DNA of 64,000 bases from Lytechinus pictus (taxonomy: Eukaryota), in assembly GCF_037042905.1 (NCBI RefSeq), contig NC_087245.1, positions 31,746,001 to 31,810,000 on the forward strand, in the 5' to 3' direction. The notes under the pieces were generated by a model that had not been told where the DNA came from, did not search any database, and was given only the letters and a program-made list of their open reading frames with translations. Positions 11,687 through 25,444 of the stretch are shown one piece after another. The position numbers and the translations under genes were made by a program. Position 1 is the first letter of the stretch. Each line of letters starts with the position of its first letter.

Positions 11687-13717
11687 ACAATCATATGTCT
11701 TGTAATTAATTGTCAATTTATGATTGATTGGTAATCTGCTTCTTGAAACAAGGAGTGTAATCTGATTTGCTACAGCTAAATTGATCTATTGATTGTAAAT
11801 TTGCTACAGAAAACTTGCATTTGATTGCAAATATTTTCTTGCAACACCCCCATAGTCTAAAAATTTGCGATCCACCAACCCAAAGCCTTCCAGTAAGTCA
11901 CCAGGGAAGGTTCTACGTTCATAGCCAACATATTAATTTGGTCTTTAAAAAAAGTAATCACGATAATATTAGCGTATTAGAACAATCAATTCTTCTTCAT
12001 AATGCAAAATTAAAGAAAAGGTCAGATACGCGAGTTTCTTTGATATCATGTTATCCAAACTGCTTGGAAGTTCACTGAGATTGCATATCTCATGCATGAG
12101 TGAACCAAGAACTTTAAACTTCCTTATCTCCTTATATTTGAAAGCTCTCACTGAATTTTTCTCCATGCATGGCTTATCGTAGATCAGTTTATCAGTTATG
12201 TATCATCTTAAAACTTAGAATCTGTTCTTTCAAGGTCAATATAAATCTTAAAACTCATTTGGGATGCTTTAGTGTCGGTTTTGGGGCGGCTGGTCACATT
12301 TTTTTCCTGCTAGCTCTGCTATATACCAACACCTGTAGAAGACCACAGAAGTGACACAAGGAATGTGTTACGGGTGTACTTTATGGGATGTCAATTTTCC
12401 AGTTCCTTGTGGGTGTTTCATAAAGGTGTTATGAATGACTTAATACACGACTGGTGACCATTTCTTGTGCTAAATGAGATATATTTTTGTAGCTTAGATT
12501 GCACCTAAGAAGATGTTCCAGTCATTTGTAAATTTATAACAAAGTGTCAGCTCTGAAAACTTTATTGAAATCCTTAGTTTTGACTGGGTAAGTAGCACTT
12601 GTGTCTTACTGTTTATACTAGAAAAACTGTCGGGACTGACAGTGCTGACAACTTTCACATACCCCACCCCCTGTTTTACCTTTCTGAGATGTGTATGTCA
12701 GGAAGATGAGATTGTGAAAGTGTTGCTTGTCTTGTCACCCAATCATCATTACTAACACTGTCAGAATTAACAAGTGCTACTCTCCATTTGGCACTTCAAC
12801 ACGAAATTTGAGCGCTTGAACTGCCAAAAATGGCTGGAAACGTCCGAGCGCCGTTTCCGGGGTGAATCGCTGGGTCCTGGTGGCGGGCTCGACGAGAACC
12901 CGTGATTCGAGCATGCAGCTGTTTGTCCAAATTAACCAAATAATAGCCTCAGACAATGCAGAGCCAATATTGAAATTGTGAGATCGGTGGTCAGGATTTT
13001 TTTATTTCCTTTCAGAGGGCTAATTGCATTTGGGTAGTCACCTTACCATATCAGATGTTTCTAAGCCTTGCATCAGTTTCTGGAGACTTGTCGTGAATAT
13101 TGTACAATTGTGCCAATCTTTAATTCGATTGAAAACTGGAATTCAATCATTTTGCAAGAGTGGGAATTAGACTGTCTTGGGGTTTGAGGTGAAGATGACT
13201 ATTGGCATAATCCATACTTGTGATAAATGAATTGATGAAGAAATTGGAATACAATTTACCATTGCTTCATCTTTTGAGTAAGAGACAATTTTCAGTCCCA
13301 TTTTCCACAAATCCAGTGTCGGTCCGCTATTGGTTACTTTTCAGTAATTTAAATAGGAAACCTGATGTAACAATAATAATAATTCTGCAACATTATGCTT
13401 TAAGATTGTTATTACGATTGATTTGATATGATTAGTGGGACATACATGTAATTATAAGTGCACCCAATTACATGTCTTAAAAAACTCTTGAAACCAGTTT
13501 AGTACCAGGTAATCTCACACATGTATTAAAACAATATAATTTGAGAACTTACTGTATATTCAATCAGCTTTTATACTGATTTTGTGACAATTAAAAGGCC
13601 CCTCTTAAGATTTTACTGTGGAGCATGTTTTACCAGAGCATTAAATGACACGTTTTACAGAGATTGAAATTTGTGGTCATATGCCCCATATCCTGGTTTT
13701 CCAAATGGTGACAGTCC

Positions 13718-13904
13718 GTGACACGACATTTGCTCCGGCGACAATGGCTCCTGGCTTTATTTTGCCTAAGATATAGGGTTAGGGTAGCAATAGGGTTCTG
13801 TGCTGGGTATAGTGTTAATTAAACCCAGGGTTATAGTTGGTCGTTCCTTTCGTGCACGGACTTTACAGCAGAGTAATTGTCGCCAGAGCAAATGTCGTGG
13901 AATC
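13718..13904 (+). mobile_element. Short element with subterminal inverted repeats and TAGGGT repeats (possibly Helentron/HINE-like)
   Basis: gtgacacgacatttgctccggcgacaat ... attgtcgccagagcaaatgtcgtggaatc with internal tagggttagggt. Copies at 14316-14508 (inverted) and 48954-49142. Confidence 0.7.
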
Positions 13905-14315
13905 AGTTTGAGAACGTACATTCAAATCAACTTTTATTCTGAAAATTTGGCTTCCAAGATGCCACTTGAAATATTTTACTGTAGAGCATGTTCACAAGAG
14001 CATTCATGACACATTTTTTACACAGATTAAAATTTGTTGTCCTCGTCATTGTTCCCCCTTCTCTTGGTTCTCCAAATATATAGGAAGAAAAAAAGGAAAT
14101 TATATTTGAGGTAGGTGGAAGAGGAAACATGGATGTTAAGCAGGGGTGGAAACTCATAATCAGGTGGGCAGCTATGCACAACCACCCATTTCCTTTGCTA
14201 AAGGGGAGGGGTAAGGGATTACAAGACAATATTAAGTGGGAGAGAGAGAGAACGAAGGAGAGGATGGTTTTGAGAAAAAGAGGAACATAGAGAGAGAGAA
14301 CAGGGGTGCAAATTG

Positions 14316-14508
14316 GGTTCCATGACATTTGCTCCAGCGACAATTGCTCTGATGGAACATCTGCACGTTAAGCCAAACATTAAACCCTACCTCTAAAGAT
14401 TAAATAAAACCTAATCCTAATCTTTGCATTATACTTAAACTCTATTTCAATCCTGACTCTAACCCTATGCCCTCTGAGATATTAAGACAGGAGCAAATGT
14501 CGTGTCAC
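14316..14508 (-). mobile_element. Inverted copy of the 13718-13904 element
   Basis: ggttccatgacatttgctcc ... ggagcaaatgtcgtgtcac, with internal aaccct repeats. Confidence 0.7.
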
Positions 14509-14904
14509 TGGAAATTGGCAAATTTTTATTAAATTTATTCTTTCCTTATTAATTTTGACTTGAGTGGAATTTTTTTTTTCAAAGTGTGAATATTAATAGA
14601 AAAATAGTGCTTGTTTCTGATTTGAGGGGCCAAATGAGATTTATTTTGAAATTTGAATGCAGTGTACCTATATGAGTTAATAAATGGTGGTCTTAGAAGA
14701 TGAGATCAATAATTAAAATGTAAGCCTTTTGTATATACAGAAAATCAACAGAATCAGGTAGATATTTCATTAAGCTATTTGTATTAAAGTAATGAGCAAC
14801 TTCACAACGACTGGTGATTCTTTCTTGATGTAAATTATACGCTTAATCATTAATGTGTATTTAGCTGCCAAGAAAGAATCATCAGTTGTTCATAAAGTTG
14901 CTCG

Positions 14905-15107
14905 CAATAGGGTACGCAGGGGGATGATTACAGGTGTTCAAACCCCCCTTAAAATATCTTTGATACTACCCCCCCCCCCCAAGAATTCAACCCCCTCCCC
15001 ATTTTTTAGGGTATGAAACAATGTTAAATTGGTGGTAAAGTGAAGACCTTTTTTTTTTTGCTGGTCAACATTTCATTCAGCTTGAACCCCCCCCCCCCCC
15101 CCCACTG
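14905..15107. mobile_element. hAT-like MITE nested in a Harbinger-like MITE
   Basis: Flanked by gttgctcg (14897-14904) and gttgctcc (15108-15115), ends CCACTG, and splits a copy of the 11186 family. Confidence 0.55.
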
Positions 15108-17234
15108 GTTGCTCCTAACTTATAAACAGTTTTATAAAACACCTACCAGGAGTTTGAGGTACTTTTGTCACAGATGAGGGAAGACGTTAAAAGGAGGAAA
15201 GGGAATGATTAGGGGGAGGAGGATGGGTGGATGATGGAGGAAAAGAGATAGTCTGGGATAGAAAAGAAATAGAGCGAAAGGTACCATGACAGATCTCGAG
15301 ATCAGGAGGGAAATAGATGATTAAGTCTTGAAACAGAGGAAAGTAAAGAAAGAAATTAAGAGGAAAGCATTTATAAGATTGAGAGGGTTAAGCAAGCCAC
15401 CCTTCCACTATTTGATGTAGATCATATTGCCCCCAGCTGTTGCGTTTCGCCCTGATTCATCTAACTGACCCGTGCTTGGTCTTAGACATCCTTCGGCTTC
15501 CCTTTCAGACCTCTTCTCTTCTTGAGCCAACCGGCACCTCCCCCCACCTCTTGTCATTAAAGGCCAGTCTACAATGAGAAAAGTTTCTTACTTATCCGAA
15601 TCGGTAAAATATCCACCTTAATTCCAATTTTAAAGCACCCTTATGTCAAAGGCAACCATATATAGTATGAAGTGAAATGATTCTGAATGAGTAATTCACG
15701 TATCAACTGAAACAATCATTCCGAAATCCCTCTGAGCAAGATGGTCCTAGAGCATGTTTCTCTAGGAACTTCTCGAATCCTGGCCATTTTGAAGTTTTGG
15801 GGCTCCTGAATTCGACCCCAAATTAGAAAATTGGCACACCCACTATAGTTGTTATTTAGACCCCTGAGAACACAAAACCATTGAGAAACAGATCTTTGCT
15901 CTGTATGGTCACGAAAGTGTTCCAGATGACGCAACTATGTATTTTCAAAAACCAACTGACACTCTGCAAAATGCAAGCAATAAAGCTTCACATTCGGAGG
16001 TGATTGAACAGTTGCTACTACACATAATCACAATTCCCTTCGATTATCAGATCATATTTTGATATGAAATGAAAATAAATTGTGATCAGGTAAGCACAGC
16101 TGTCAATGAGGAAGAAGGGCCCAGGAGTCGTGTCTATTTACCACGATGGTGTCCAAATATAGTGCGAGGTTCATCCTTCCTGTGTACTAATAAGGCCAGG
16201 GCACCGGGAACGATGAGCAATGATCTCTAATAATGGCTGGTTTATATAGTCATAGATTGGGAGGGCATTGTGTCTCCAGGGGCAGCTTTTTTTTTTTTTT
16301 TCGGTCATGGAAAATGAGGTTATGTTTTCAGGCACTATGTGCACCATCTTCACTTGGTGTACAAAATGTATGCCTTTTTTTCTGTGCTGTTACATCAGTG
16401 TTGGTCATCAGTTCTTCTTTACCCTCTTATTTGAGTTTGTGAAGGTGGATAGCCTTGTTCAGGTAAGAAGGGAATCAACGGAAAAAAATACTCCGCAAAA
16501 TGACTCAAATGAGAAATTACAAATCCAAAATGATTTTCTTCTGCAATTTGGAGTACTAGTTTATTACATATTGATGCACGATACCGAAGATATTGAGAAT
16601 GCCCATGACTTTTGTTATAATAATTGTGATATTTGACCAGCAAATGTTACTTCTTTAATAGATTACTATTATCAACAGGTGTCTTACTATATTATAATGT
16701 ATTTGAATACGGTTCTCGTATCTCGTTAAATCCTTTCTCGGGCACTGGGTATGAAGTAGAGGATGATATTGTGTAAATCTCGTTGGTGGATTAAACCAGG
16801 CTACTGTAGTCTTTCAGCGCTGCGACTGTTTCACCCAGGTTTTCACACTTCTTGATTAGGCGATTTGTCACTTTCCTCTAATCCGGGAATAGTCTTTGAC
16901 TTCAGATGGTTTGCATTTATAGAAGACAAGCACTGTAGGATATTGATCGTAGCTTGATATCTGTAGCAATATATTCTCTTCATCATTTCTCATCATGTGG
17001 AATAATCTTCGATACAAGGCCAAAATGCCATTATGAACAAACTTTAAATGAATTGCTATGTAAAAGAGAGCAATAGAGAAGTGTTGTTGAATCTAAGTGG
17101 CCTAGATTCTCAATGTTTAAAGTCAGAATGATATTTAGTACCCTTAGGAAAGGCTGTGATACTTGATGCTTAATTCGTGAGAGAAAGTTTAAAACATTCA
17201 TTGCCTAAATATGGTTAGAAATCAATCGAAAGGA

Positions 17235-17700
17235 ATGATGATGGTGAAAATGTTTAGGGTGATATTGAGGATGGTTAGGATATTTATGGTGGTGGTGGAT
17301 GATGATGTGGATGATGAGATGATAATGACGATGTTAATGTCGATGGTGGTGACGATGATTATGACAATGTTAACGATCTTGACGACAATGATGGTGAAGG
17401 TGATGGTGATGATGATTATGTTGTTGTTGACGATGATGATGATATTGATGATGATGATACTGATGATGATGACGATGATGATGATGATGATGATGATTGA
17501 TGATGATGATACTGATGATGATGATGATGGTGATGATGATATTGGAAGATGATGTTGATGACAATGATGATGATGATGAAGATGATGTTGATGATGATTA
17601 TGATGATGATTATGATGATTGATGATGATGATGATTTGATGATGGTGATCATGATGATGATGATGATGGTGATAATGATAAGATGACAGTGGTGATAATA
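17235..17700. repeat. (GAT)n / (ATG)n degenerate microsatellite
   Basis: Directly visible. It explains the poly-M/D/H/I/S ORFs in the track. Confidence 0.97.
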
Positions 17701-19364
17701 GTTACTGGTAGAATTCTATCACGTATCATATTAAATTGAAGTCTTTGTGCCTCAGAACAATTGATACACTTTACAACTAACCACCCTTAATCCTTCAGAA
17801 TGCTCTTCACAAGAATTAGAGGTCCACGGTAACGCTTAAGTAGTAGCATGATATTAGAGAGAGAAAACACAGCATAAGGGTTGACCTGTTACCTACAATT
17901 TGGACATCCAAATCCCAGAGTAACCCCTTAACGGCAGGTGTTGCGGATGACGCACCGTCTGGCTAGAGTTCCCCAGTCACTACCCCTGGAGTACAGGATC
18001 AACTCCCCGTGACCGACCTGACACCTCCCCTAAATTTGTTCCTTGTCTCAGGGTTAGTTTGCTGTCCAAAATTAGGTCTTTTTGTGTCCTTCATTTGGTT
18101 GATGGCACAACAAGGTGAGAAAATTCCTTTACACGACTCCGGTGTTTAAATTTGGCTCACATTTCGATGGAAAATTAGTAAAGGAATATTTGTCGGAACC
18201 CTTTAAGCAGTGCCTGTAGTCTTTTATGAGTGTTGTGAAGACGCAAAATGGATATCAAAGGTTACAATGATATGTAATGGCTTGATGGTATAGCAATGGC
18301 GTTTGAAATGGTTGTCAAGGATTCAAAACCAAGTCCAAACTCTAGTGCTTTTTGTTATAATCATCAACCCTATTGCAAAGTCACTCAGAGAGGACTTGAA
18401 GGCGTAAGCCCCTTGGTTTCATACTTGCAATTATTAACTCATCTTAATTGGATAGTCAGAAAACAGTTAACCAACCATCCAAAGAGGCCAAGATATGTGT
18501 AAAGTCAGTAATTATTTTTTTCCAAGTTTCAGAGTGATCTAGACCAAGGGATGCCATTATGATCAGGAGCTGACTTGCATGAAAGGGTCTTTGTTAAGGA
18601 CCATCTTTCTTGTTGCCAATGATCATGATGCACCATGTGAGATGCCTTTTGTAAATTTATTGTCAAGTATTTACCTCATTTTTTAAATCCATTTGTGTAT
18701 ATAAAATGACATAAGGTTTTCTATTATTAAAAAAAAACAAGTTTTTGCTCACTTTTATTAACAAATAAAATGAAGTATGTACATGATTAATCAGTGGCTC
18801 TTGCAACACCTTTTTATCAATCCGCCTCAGGGTCCACTTGTATAAAACATTTGATCGATTAGATGGAATTCCTGGACTCATTTGCTCTCAGCTAATCAGA
18901 TGGCATGGTTTCAGTAGCCTGTAACATCAAGCCTATATCAAGTTTTATGACACAAGAACCAGGGACCTGTTCTATGAAGGGAAGATAATTACATGGGGGC
19001 ATTTGGTGATGTTGCCCCCCCCCCCCCCACATGCTCAAAAGAATCTCGGAAATGGAAAAAGAGCCCCGGAAATTTCTCAATTACTGTCATGATAAAACTC
19101 ATCCAATTAGGCTGTTGATTGTGAAAAGTAGCCCCTGAAAATAACTATTTTTTAAATTATATTTTATTTTTATGGGATCATGGTAACATTGCCATTGCAA
19201 TCCAGTGCAATCCAGTTCAATCCAGATTCTTACGGGGAAACCATCTTGGAAAAAATACTCCCTTCCCATAATTTGATACCAGGAAAGCTGCATATGCATA
19301 GCATAAGAATAAACGTGATCAACCATTTAGAGAACCAAAAGAAGTAATAATGACAGCAATAATC

Positions 19365-19571
19365 TAGTTATTTATTAGGTGCTTAAGATTTACATGGTAC
19401 ATATCTAAGCATGTACAAATTTATCATTACCCCGGTCATTGGATTCAATCAATCATTCCTGTAAAAATGTTTGCACATCCTTCATTCCCTGGGGAATATT
19501 GCAGCCAGTCGCCATGTGAGGTGCGCACAATGCTGGTAAGGCTGTAATGACTTTCACATTCCACTGAGTAC
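19365..19571 (-). mobile_element. SINE 3' fragment
   Basis: Minus strand ggctgcaatattccccagggaatgaag ... gaccggggtaatgat ... tail. Resembles the 3' halves of invertebrate tRNA SINEs. Confidence 0.45.
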
Positions 19572-22500
19572 GAAAAAAGTACAACAGGCCTGTCAAATTT
19601 GAATCGAACTGAGTAGGTAGATTAATTTCATTGTATAATATTCTCCTAATCTAAAAGTCTCTGGTATTAGGTGGGACATGTTTCATCTTAGTTAGATGTT
19701 GAAACACTATACATATTTATAAACATGCACAAAGTGCAATACATTGCTTTGTATGTGGAAAAATATCCAACTATTATTGCATACAACTTGATATTATTCA
19801 GGTCATGATTTTTTTTAATAATGTATGTTTCTTTTAGTTTCACTTTCTTCTTTTTTGAATTTCACAATGGCAGAGAATCTGTTTTTTAACCCATTACACA
19901 TCAATGAAATCTGTTCGTCTAAAATTAGGATTGAGAGCTGAAATCGCCAGAGAAACCAAGTATTGACATGGAAATAGTTCAGAGCTATCTTCCATTCATT
20001 AATGTTATAGTACGAAAGGGGTCCAAGAATGTCATCCATGTTTGAATGACAGAAGCATTTTTCTCATATTTCAATTCTTCAAGATTCCCGATGATTTTTT
20101 GTCAGTCGTTGCTCAGAGGAAACGATGTCTAGCGGAAACATTTATTTGCATTCACACCTCCCAAGCCCGCTGGATTTGTAAGACAGGAAAACGTCTCCTT
20201 TGTTTCTTTACGAATTGCAGACAGGCAAAAGGACATTTTGATCGGCGACGTGAGGAATTTGGGAGGTATCGGAAAGAAAGGGCTTCCGAATTTGGTGTGC
20301 CTGATTTAGGTCTGTCTGCGGTAGGCTGCATCAAAGCTGTTGCCAATTTAGGCCCTAGTTAGTCATGATTTCTCATGTTTTCTAATTTGTCAGGGAAAGG
20401 TGAAGAGGCATTTTATAAATAAAAGCTAATTTTGATGTCCCATTCCTGGCTTGCCAACATATGATGTATGCACTTTCTCCACTCCATGGGGTGCATTCCA
20501 ACAAGATTTTTTTAACCTCACTTCTCATCATATTACAAAGGCTTTCGCATTCTACCGTGTACTGTGCCATAAGAACACATGGTGTTTATGTTTATAAATG
20601 CTTTATTTGTGCAGGAAACCTTTCACTTACCATTCTGGGGCATATTTTAATAATCTGAAGACCCAAATGTTATGGAATCTCTTATCTCCTATTAAAGAAT
20701 CGTGTCACATTTAACTACCGATAGTTACACTGCTGATTTTATCCATGTCATTCTTGCCAAGTAACTGATTTACTGAATGAGGAACCCCATGTGCAAACGG
20801 CCTGGATGCTATCTATAATTTATCGTCTGATTTTCGCTAATCTTAGCAGGTGTTCCGTTATGAAGGCATGGGCTTTGGAAAGCAAAATGATATACCGTAA
20901 TTTGTGATGACAAAAATTGTCTGGGAGACGAAAAGATCTTGGTTGCTAAGGAGCAGGGATATTACTGGAAATGGGATGGGATTAAGAGGGATTAAGCTTG
21001 GGGATGGAGTTTAGGGATGGCAGAATTGAAGGCTAGACTAATAATTACTTTCAAATGATATTTTGTTTCTTCAAGTCCGTAGTAGGTTTGTGAGGGTGAG
21101 CTATCAGTCAATGACCTAAATCATTTTAAGGAGATCACTTAAATGTTAAATGTTTCATTGCTGATGATTCAAATACATATCTCTACAAATAATATGGATG
21201 AAGGGATTAACGGAAGGGGGTGTCCTTAAAAAATTAAACCCAGCCCCTGGCATGGGGGATCTCATGTTCCTTATCCACTGTGTCAATCTTGCTATAATTT
21301 GGCAAACCTACAGATCGTGCAGGATTGGGAAAAAATGAACGTTTTTACCAGGTGAGACCAACTGATACTTTTGCAGGAATAAATTTCTCTTTGTAATTTT
21401 ACGTCCTTGTGCCGCCGTTAGGTACACCCAGAAAGTCCAGTTTGCAATCATCCCTTGACTGCGCATTGTGTCGTTCATGCTCCTCCCACTTTCCCCATGA
21501 TTCAAAATGGGCGCATTTTGAACGACAAATATTGGAATTGAATTTTTACCGTATTCAAAATTTCACGCCGATCTGAATAACTGCCCGCTGTTACCCCATC
21601 CTCACAGCGTTGCTGCAACTCTGCTTCTGATTTCAACCAATTCCTACTACTTTTATAGATAGGTCATGATGCACGTGCATCATTTGTTTTGGTACATGAT
21701 GTAATCTGTTAATAATATATTTTCCTTTTGTTCAGTGGCAGCCAATAGAGAATCAGCCTCAAACTAAGAGAAAGAATTTTAACCACTCAAAAAAATAACA
21801 AGCTTGATCACTCTTCTGTTTTTGAGCGGGTTGCCTGGCTTGATTTGATTTGCAGACAATTACTGGGGGATGGAAGTTATTATTATGAACCGTATCTCTC
21901 GGAATGGCTTGATTGACAACAGGTAATTAGCTCATAATACCCTCCGAAAACATCTTCATGGATCCTTACTGCGCGGAGCAGTGCAGCAAGGGAAGAGGTC
22001 ATACAGTTTGTTTTGAAGCTCTCTCGTTCGCGATCGCACGTTTCAAGCGATGGCAATAATGGGCGGGAAATAGTACAAGTTATCGCCCCCCTGTTGAAGT
22101 CTCTCGACTTAATAGGATAGAACAAAGGAGGGTTTGGTGTTTTCTTGGGAGGGGACTTTGTGCCTTTTACTTTTCTTTCTGTTGATGTAAGCTCTTTATT
22201 GAGTGATATGTTCATTTCTGGTTATTTGGTTGATTGCTTGTGTAATGAGATTTGTTTCCTTACACCCATTAGGGGTTCTAGCATGGGGTAAAAAGGAGTA
22301 TGCTCTTGCTTGCTTGATGAAGGTTGTACATTATTGCTGACGAATTCCTAGTGGTCATGTGTCAATTTTCTCAGTTCAGTTTTTGCTCACTCCTTCCTAT
22401 CTCTCTTCTTTACTCATTCTCCCTACCCTCTCTCTCCATCTTCCTTAGAAATGGTTTTAAAACTTTAAATCCTCTACTGAAGCTCACTTTGTCTTTCAGA

Positions 22501-24112
22501 GTGGACATTTTCTAAACGTGTTCATACATAAGGGTATTGAGTTGACTTTGTCCGTTCATTTCTTGTTTCTTTTCATTGATAAAATTACTACAACAAATTG
22601 CAGTTTTGTTTAATTTATATTCAACATTTGTTACGAAATTTCATTGATTTGTCTGTATTATCGATTATATTGAATATGTATTGTTACTTTGATTATATTT
22701 TGAAAAAATTGTTGAACGGAAATAAAATCTAAATCTAAATCTAAATCTAAATCTTTGTTCATATTGATACTAGAAACTAAATAACCATTACCACTGGTAA
22801 TAACATCGCAATCAATGAGAACTACCATTGATCATGGTTACCATGGCAATTGCAGTCAATATCAAAGATACCAGCAACAAGTAATCCAATTTAACATTTT
22901 CAAATGATCATTCTTCCAAATCATTGAATGATTCAATATTTGAAATACATTTAAGTTCATTAACTGTCAAAGCTGTTTTTGATCAATTATGTCTCCAAGC
23001 TAGACATCATTCTTTAGTGCCTTGCTCATGTTGACAACTTGAAATATGATATCTGACATTTTCTCAAGACCTGATTTCTTTCTGAGCCAAAAGAGTGTTT
23101 CCTCTGCAGTCTCCCTCATGATATAAATATATTTCCTTTAAAATATAAGTTCAAGATAATGGAAATCTAGTATTGTAAAAGTTCAAGTTTGTGAATCAAG
23201 ATGTTGTCCTATGTGATGATGATCGTGTTAGTGACAGTGAGCTCAGGAAAGTCCAAAAAACCTTGTGGTAAATCCCGGCTGTCATCCATGAAGGCTTCTG
23301 GTTTCCTAGCGGAGTATCTATCCCACAATGCCAAGTACATAGATGTGTCATAGATGGATTCAATCTGAGAGTTTGGTTCCTGTCAAGAGACCAGTCACGT
23401 CCCTCTCATTTTTGTTCTAGGATTGTTTTTGTATTTTACGCGGGATGTAAAAAGATGTTGTAAATGATCTTTGAACTCTTCTATATCGGGCTAACGGTTG
23501 TTCAGGCTTTTCTGTAACTTTTCAGATTTTAGGAAAATGAAAGAGCAAAATTCACTTTTCGTAATCCCACACTTTGTAAAAAAAAAGAAAAGAAAATTAT
23601 TTTTCTATTGAAATGTCCATACCAGACCAAATAATTGCCTCAATCTCTGATTCTTATTCGTGTAACACACTGTAGACCCATCTGAAATTTTGGTAATAAT
23701 TCAAGAATATTTAATATAATTACTGTTGGTGAAAGTGATTAGACAAACTATCATTTCCAAGGCGATTTGGATGTATCCATCTTTCAGAAATCAAGCTGAA
23801 GAAAAAGTGCCTTCTTTCATATTGCCAAAGAAGTGATAGTTTTGTCTTATGTATTAAAGGAGCACCTTGAGCACCTAGCAAGGTGGATACGTGCGCTATA
23901 CAAATCCTATATGATTTTTTTTTTTTTTTCCACTGAAACCAAAAGGTGATTATTTACTTATATTGCACATTGGAAATGCTCTCATAGAAAGAAAAAAAAA
24001 TTTCCCTAAAACCAAAACTCCAGATAATTAAGAAAGTAGTCCTCATCACTTATCACAACCTCACTGAAGTACCAGTTTGAAATTTACACAGCCTATAGGG
24101 AAACAATGTTAA

Positions 24113-24712
24113 AGGGATGGTCCGGGCTGAAAATAATTATATCTAAACAAATAGAGTAAAATTCACAGAGCAAAATGCTGAAAATTTCATCAAAATTGGA
24201 TAACAAATAATGAAGTTATTGAATTTGAAAGTTTATCAATATTTTGTGAAAACAGTTATATGCACATCGCCATGAATATTCATTAGGTTGGCTGGTGATG
24301 TCACATCCCCACTTTCCTGTTTCTATGTTATTACATGAAATCATAAATGTTTCATTTTTTCATACATGTGTAAATGTGTCTCCTTTATGATGAAATAAGT
24401 TGCGGCAATAAGTAACTAATGCACTTAATCTGTTGTCAATCCAATTGTTTTAATTCTTGGTAGAAAATTTTTGAATAAACCTAATTTCATATAATAAAAT
24501 ACAAAAGAACAAGTGGGGATATGACATCATCAGCCCACCTAATGAATATTCATAAAGACATGCCTAGAACTGTTTCACCAGAATAATGCAAATCTTTAAA
24601 ATTCAATAACTTTGTTATTTGTCATCCGATTTTGATCAAATTTTCAGCTTATTGCTTTGTGAATTTTACTCTATTCATTGAGATATAAATATCTCCAGTC
24701 TGGATCATCCCT
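24113..24712. mobile_element. 600-bp TTAA-flanked MITE (Kolobok-like AGGG...CCCT ends) with long inverted arms
   Basis: TTAA|AGGGATGGTCCGGGCTG ... CAGTCTGGATCATCCCT|TTAA. Arms are complementary over ~200 bp (e.g. atgaatattcattaggt / acctaatgaatattcat). Confidence 0.85.
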
Positions 24713-24864
24713 TTAAAGCACTATTGTTTTTGTTGTAAATTACTACTGTTTATTATTGTTATCGATTGTCTCAGATTTAAAACAGCCATAACTGTCTTAT
24801 TCCTTGTTGAATTTCTTTCAAAGTTTCAACATTTTTTGGGGGTCTTATTCTATGCTTTCATTTG

Positions 24865-25444
24865 AATCGATAGTGAAAAATCAAACAAGCATATTGCTGG
24901 AATTTTCATCAAAATCGGATGTAAAATAAGAAAGTTATGACATTTTGAAGTTTTGCTTAATTTTCTCAAAACAGTTATATGCACAACTCAGTGATATGCA
25001 AATGAGAGAGTCCATGATGCCCCTCATTCACTATTTTTTTTTTTTTGAATTGTACAATATTTGAAATTTAGCAAATTTGACAATAAAGACCACCTTCACT
25101 TCATCATATACTGTTGAAATAATGTTAATTCCAGATGTTCAGGGAGAAATAATTTTTTTCCATACGACCATGAGGAGAAAATTAGAATTTTTCATATTTC
25201 ATATAATAAAATACAAAAGAAATAGTGAGTGGGTGATGTCATCAGTCTGCTCATTAGCATACCGACCAGAATGTGCATATAATTGTTTTGTGAATTTAAG
25301 CGAAATTTTGAAATTTCATGACTTTCTTATTTTACTTTCCATATTGATAAAATTTTCAGTGTTATGCTTGTTGGATTTTTCTCCTTTTATTCAAATCAAC
25401 TTTTTTTTTTGGGGGGGGGGGTGGGGGATGAACTTGTCCTTTTA
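24865..25444. mobile_element. Older, truncated relative of the 24113 TTAA MITE
   Basis: Shares ttcatcaaaatcggat...aaagttat and aaaacagttatatgcaca, and ends gaacttgtcctttta. A further remnant lies at ~30200-30381. Confidence 0.6.

Noticed and set aside
17211..17652. Poly-Met/Asp/His/Ile/Ser ORFs
   Set aside because: Translation of a (GAT)n microsatellite.
20221..20265. Cassette exon after the pyrimidine tract ending ttgcag
   Set aside because: The phase-0 reading hits TGA, and the alternative acceptor gives a phase-2 end incompatible with the phase-0 intron; the donor is weak.
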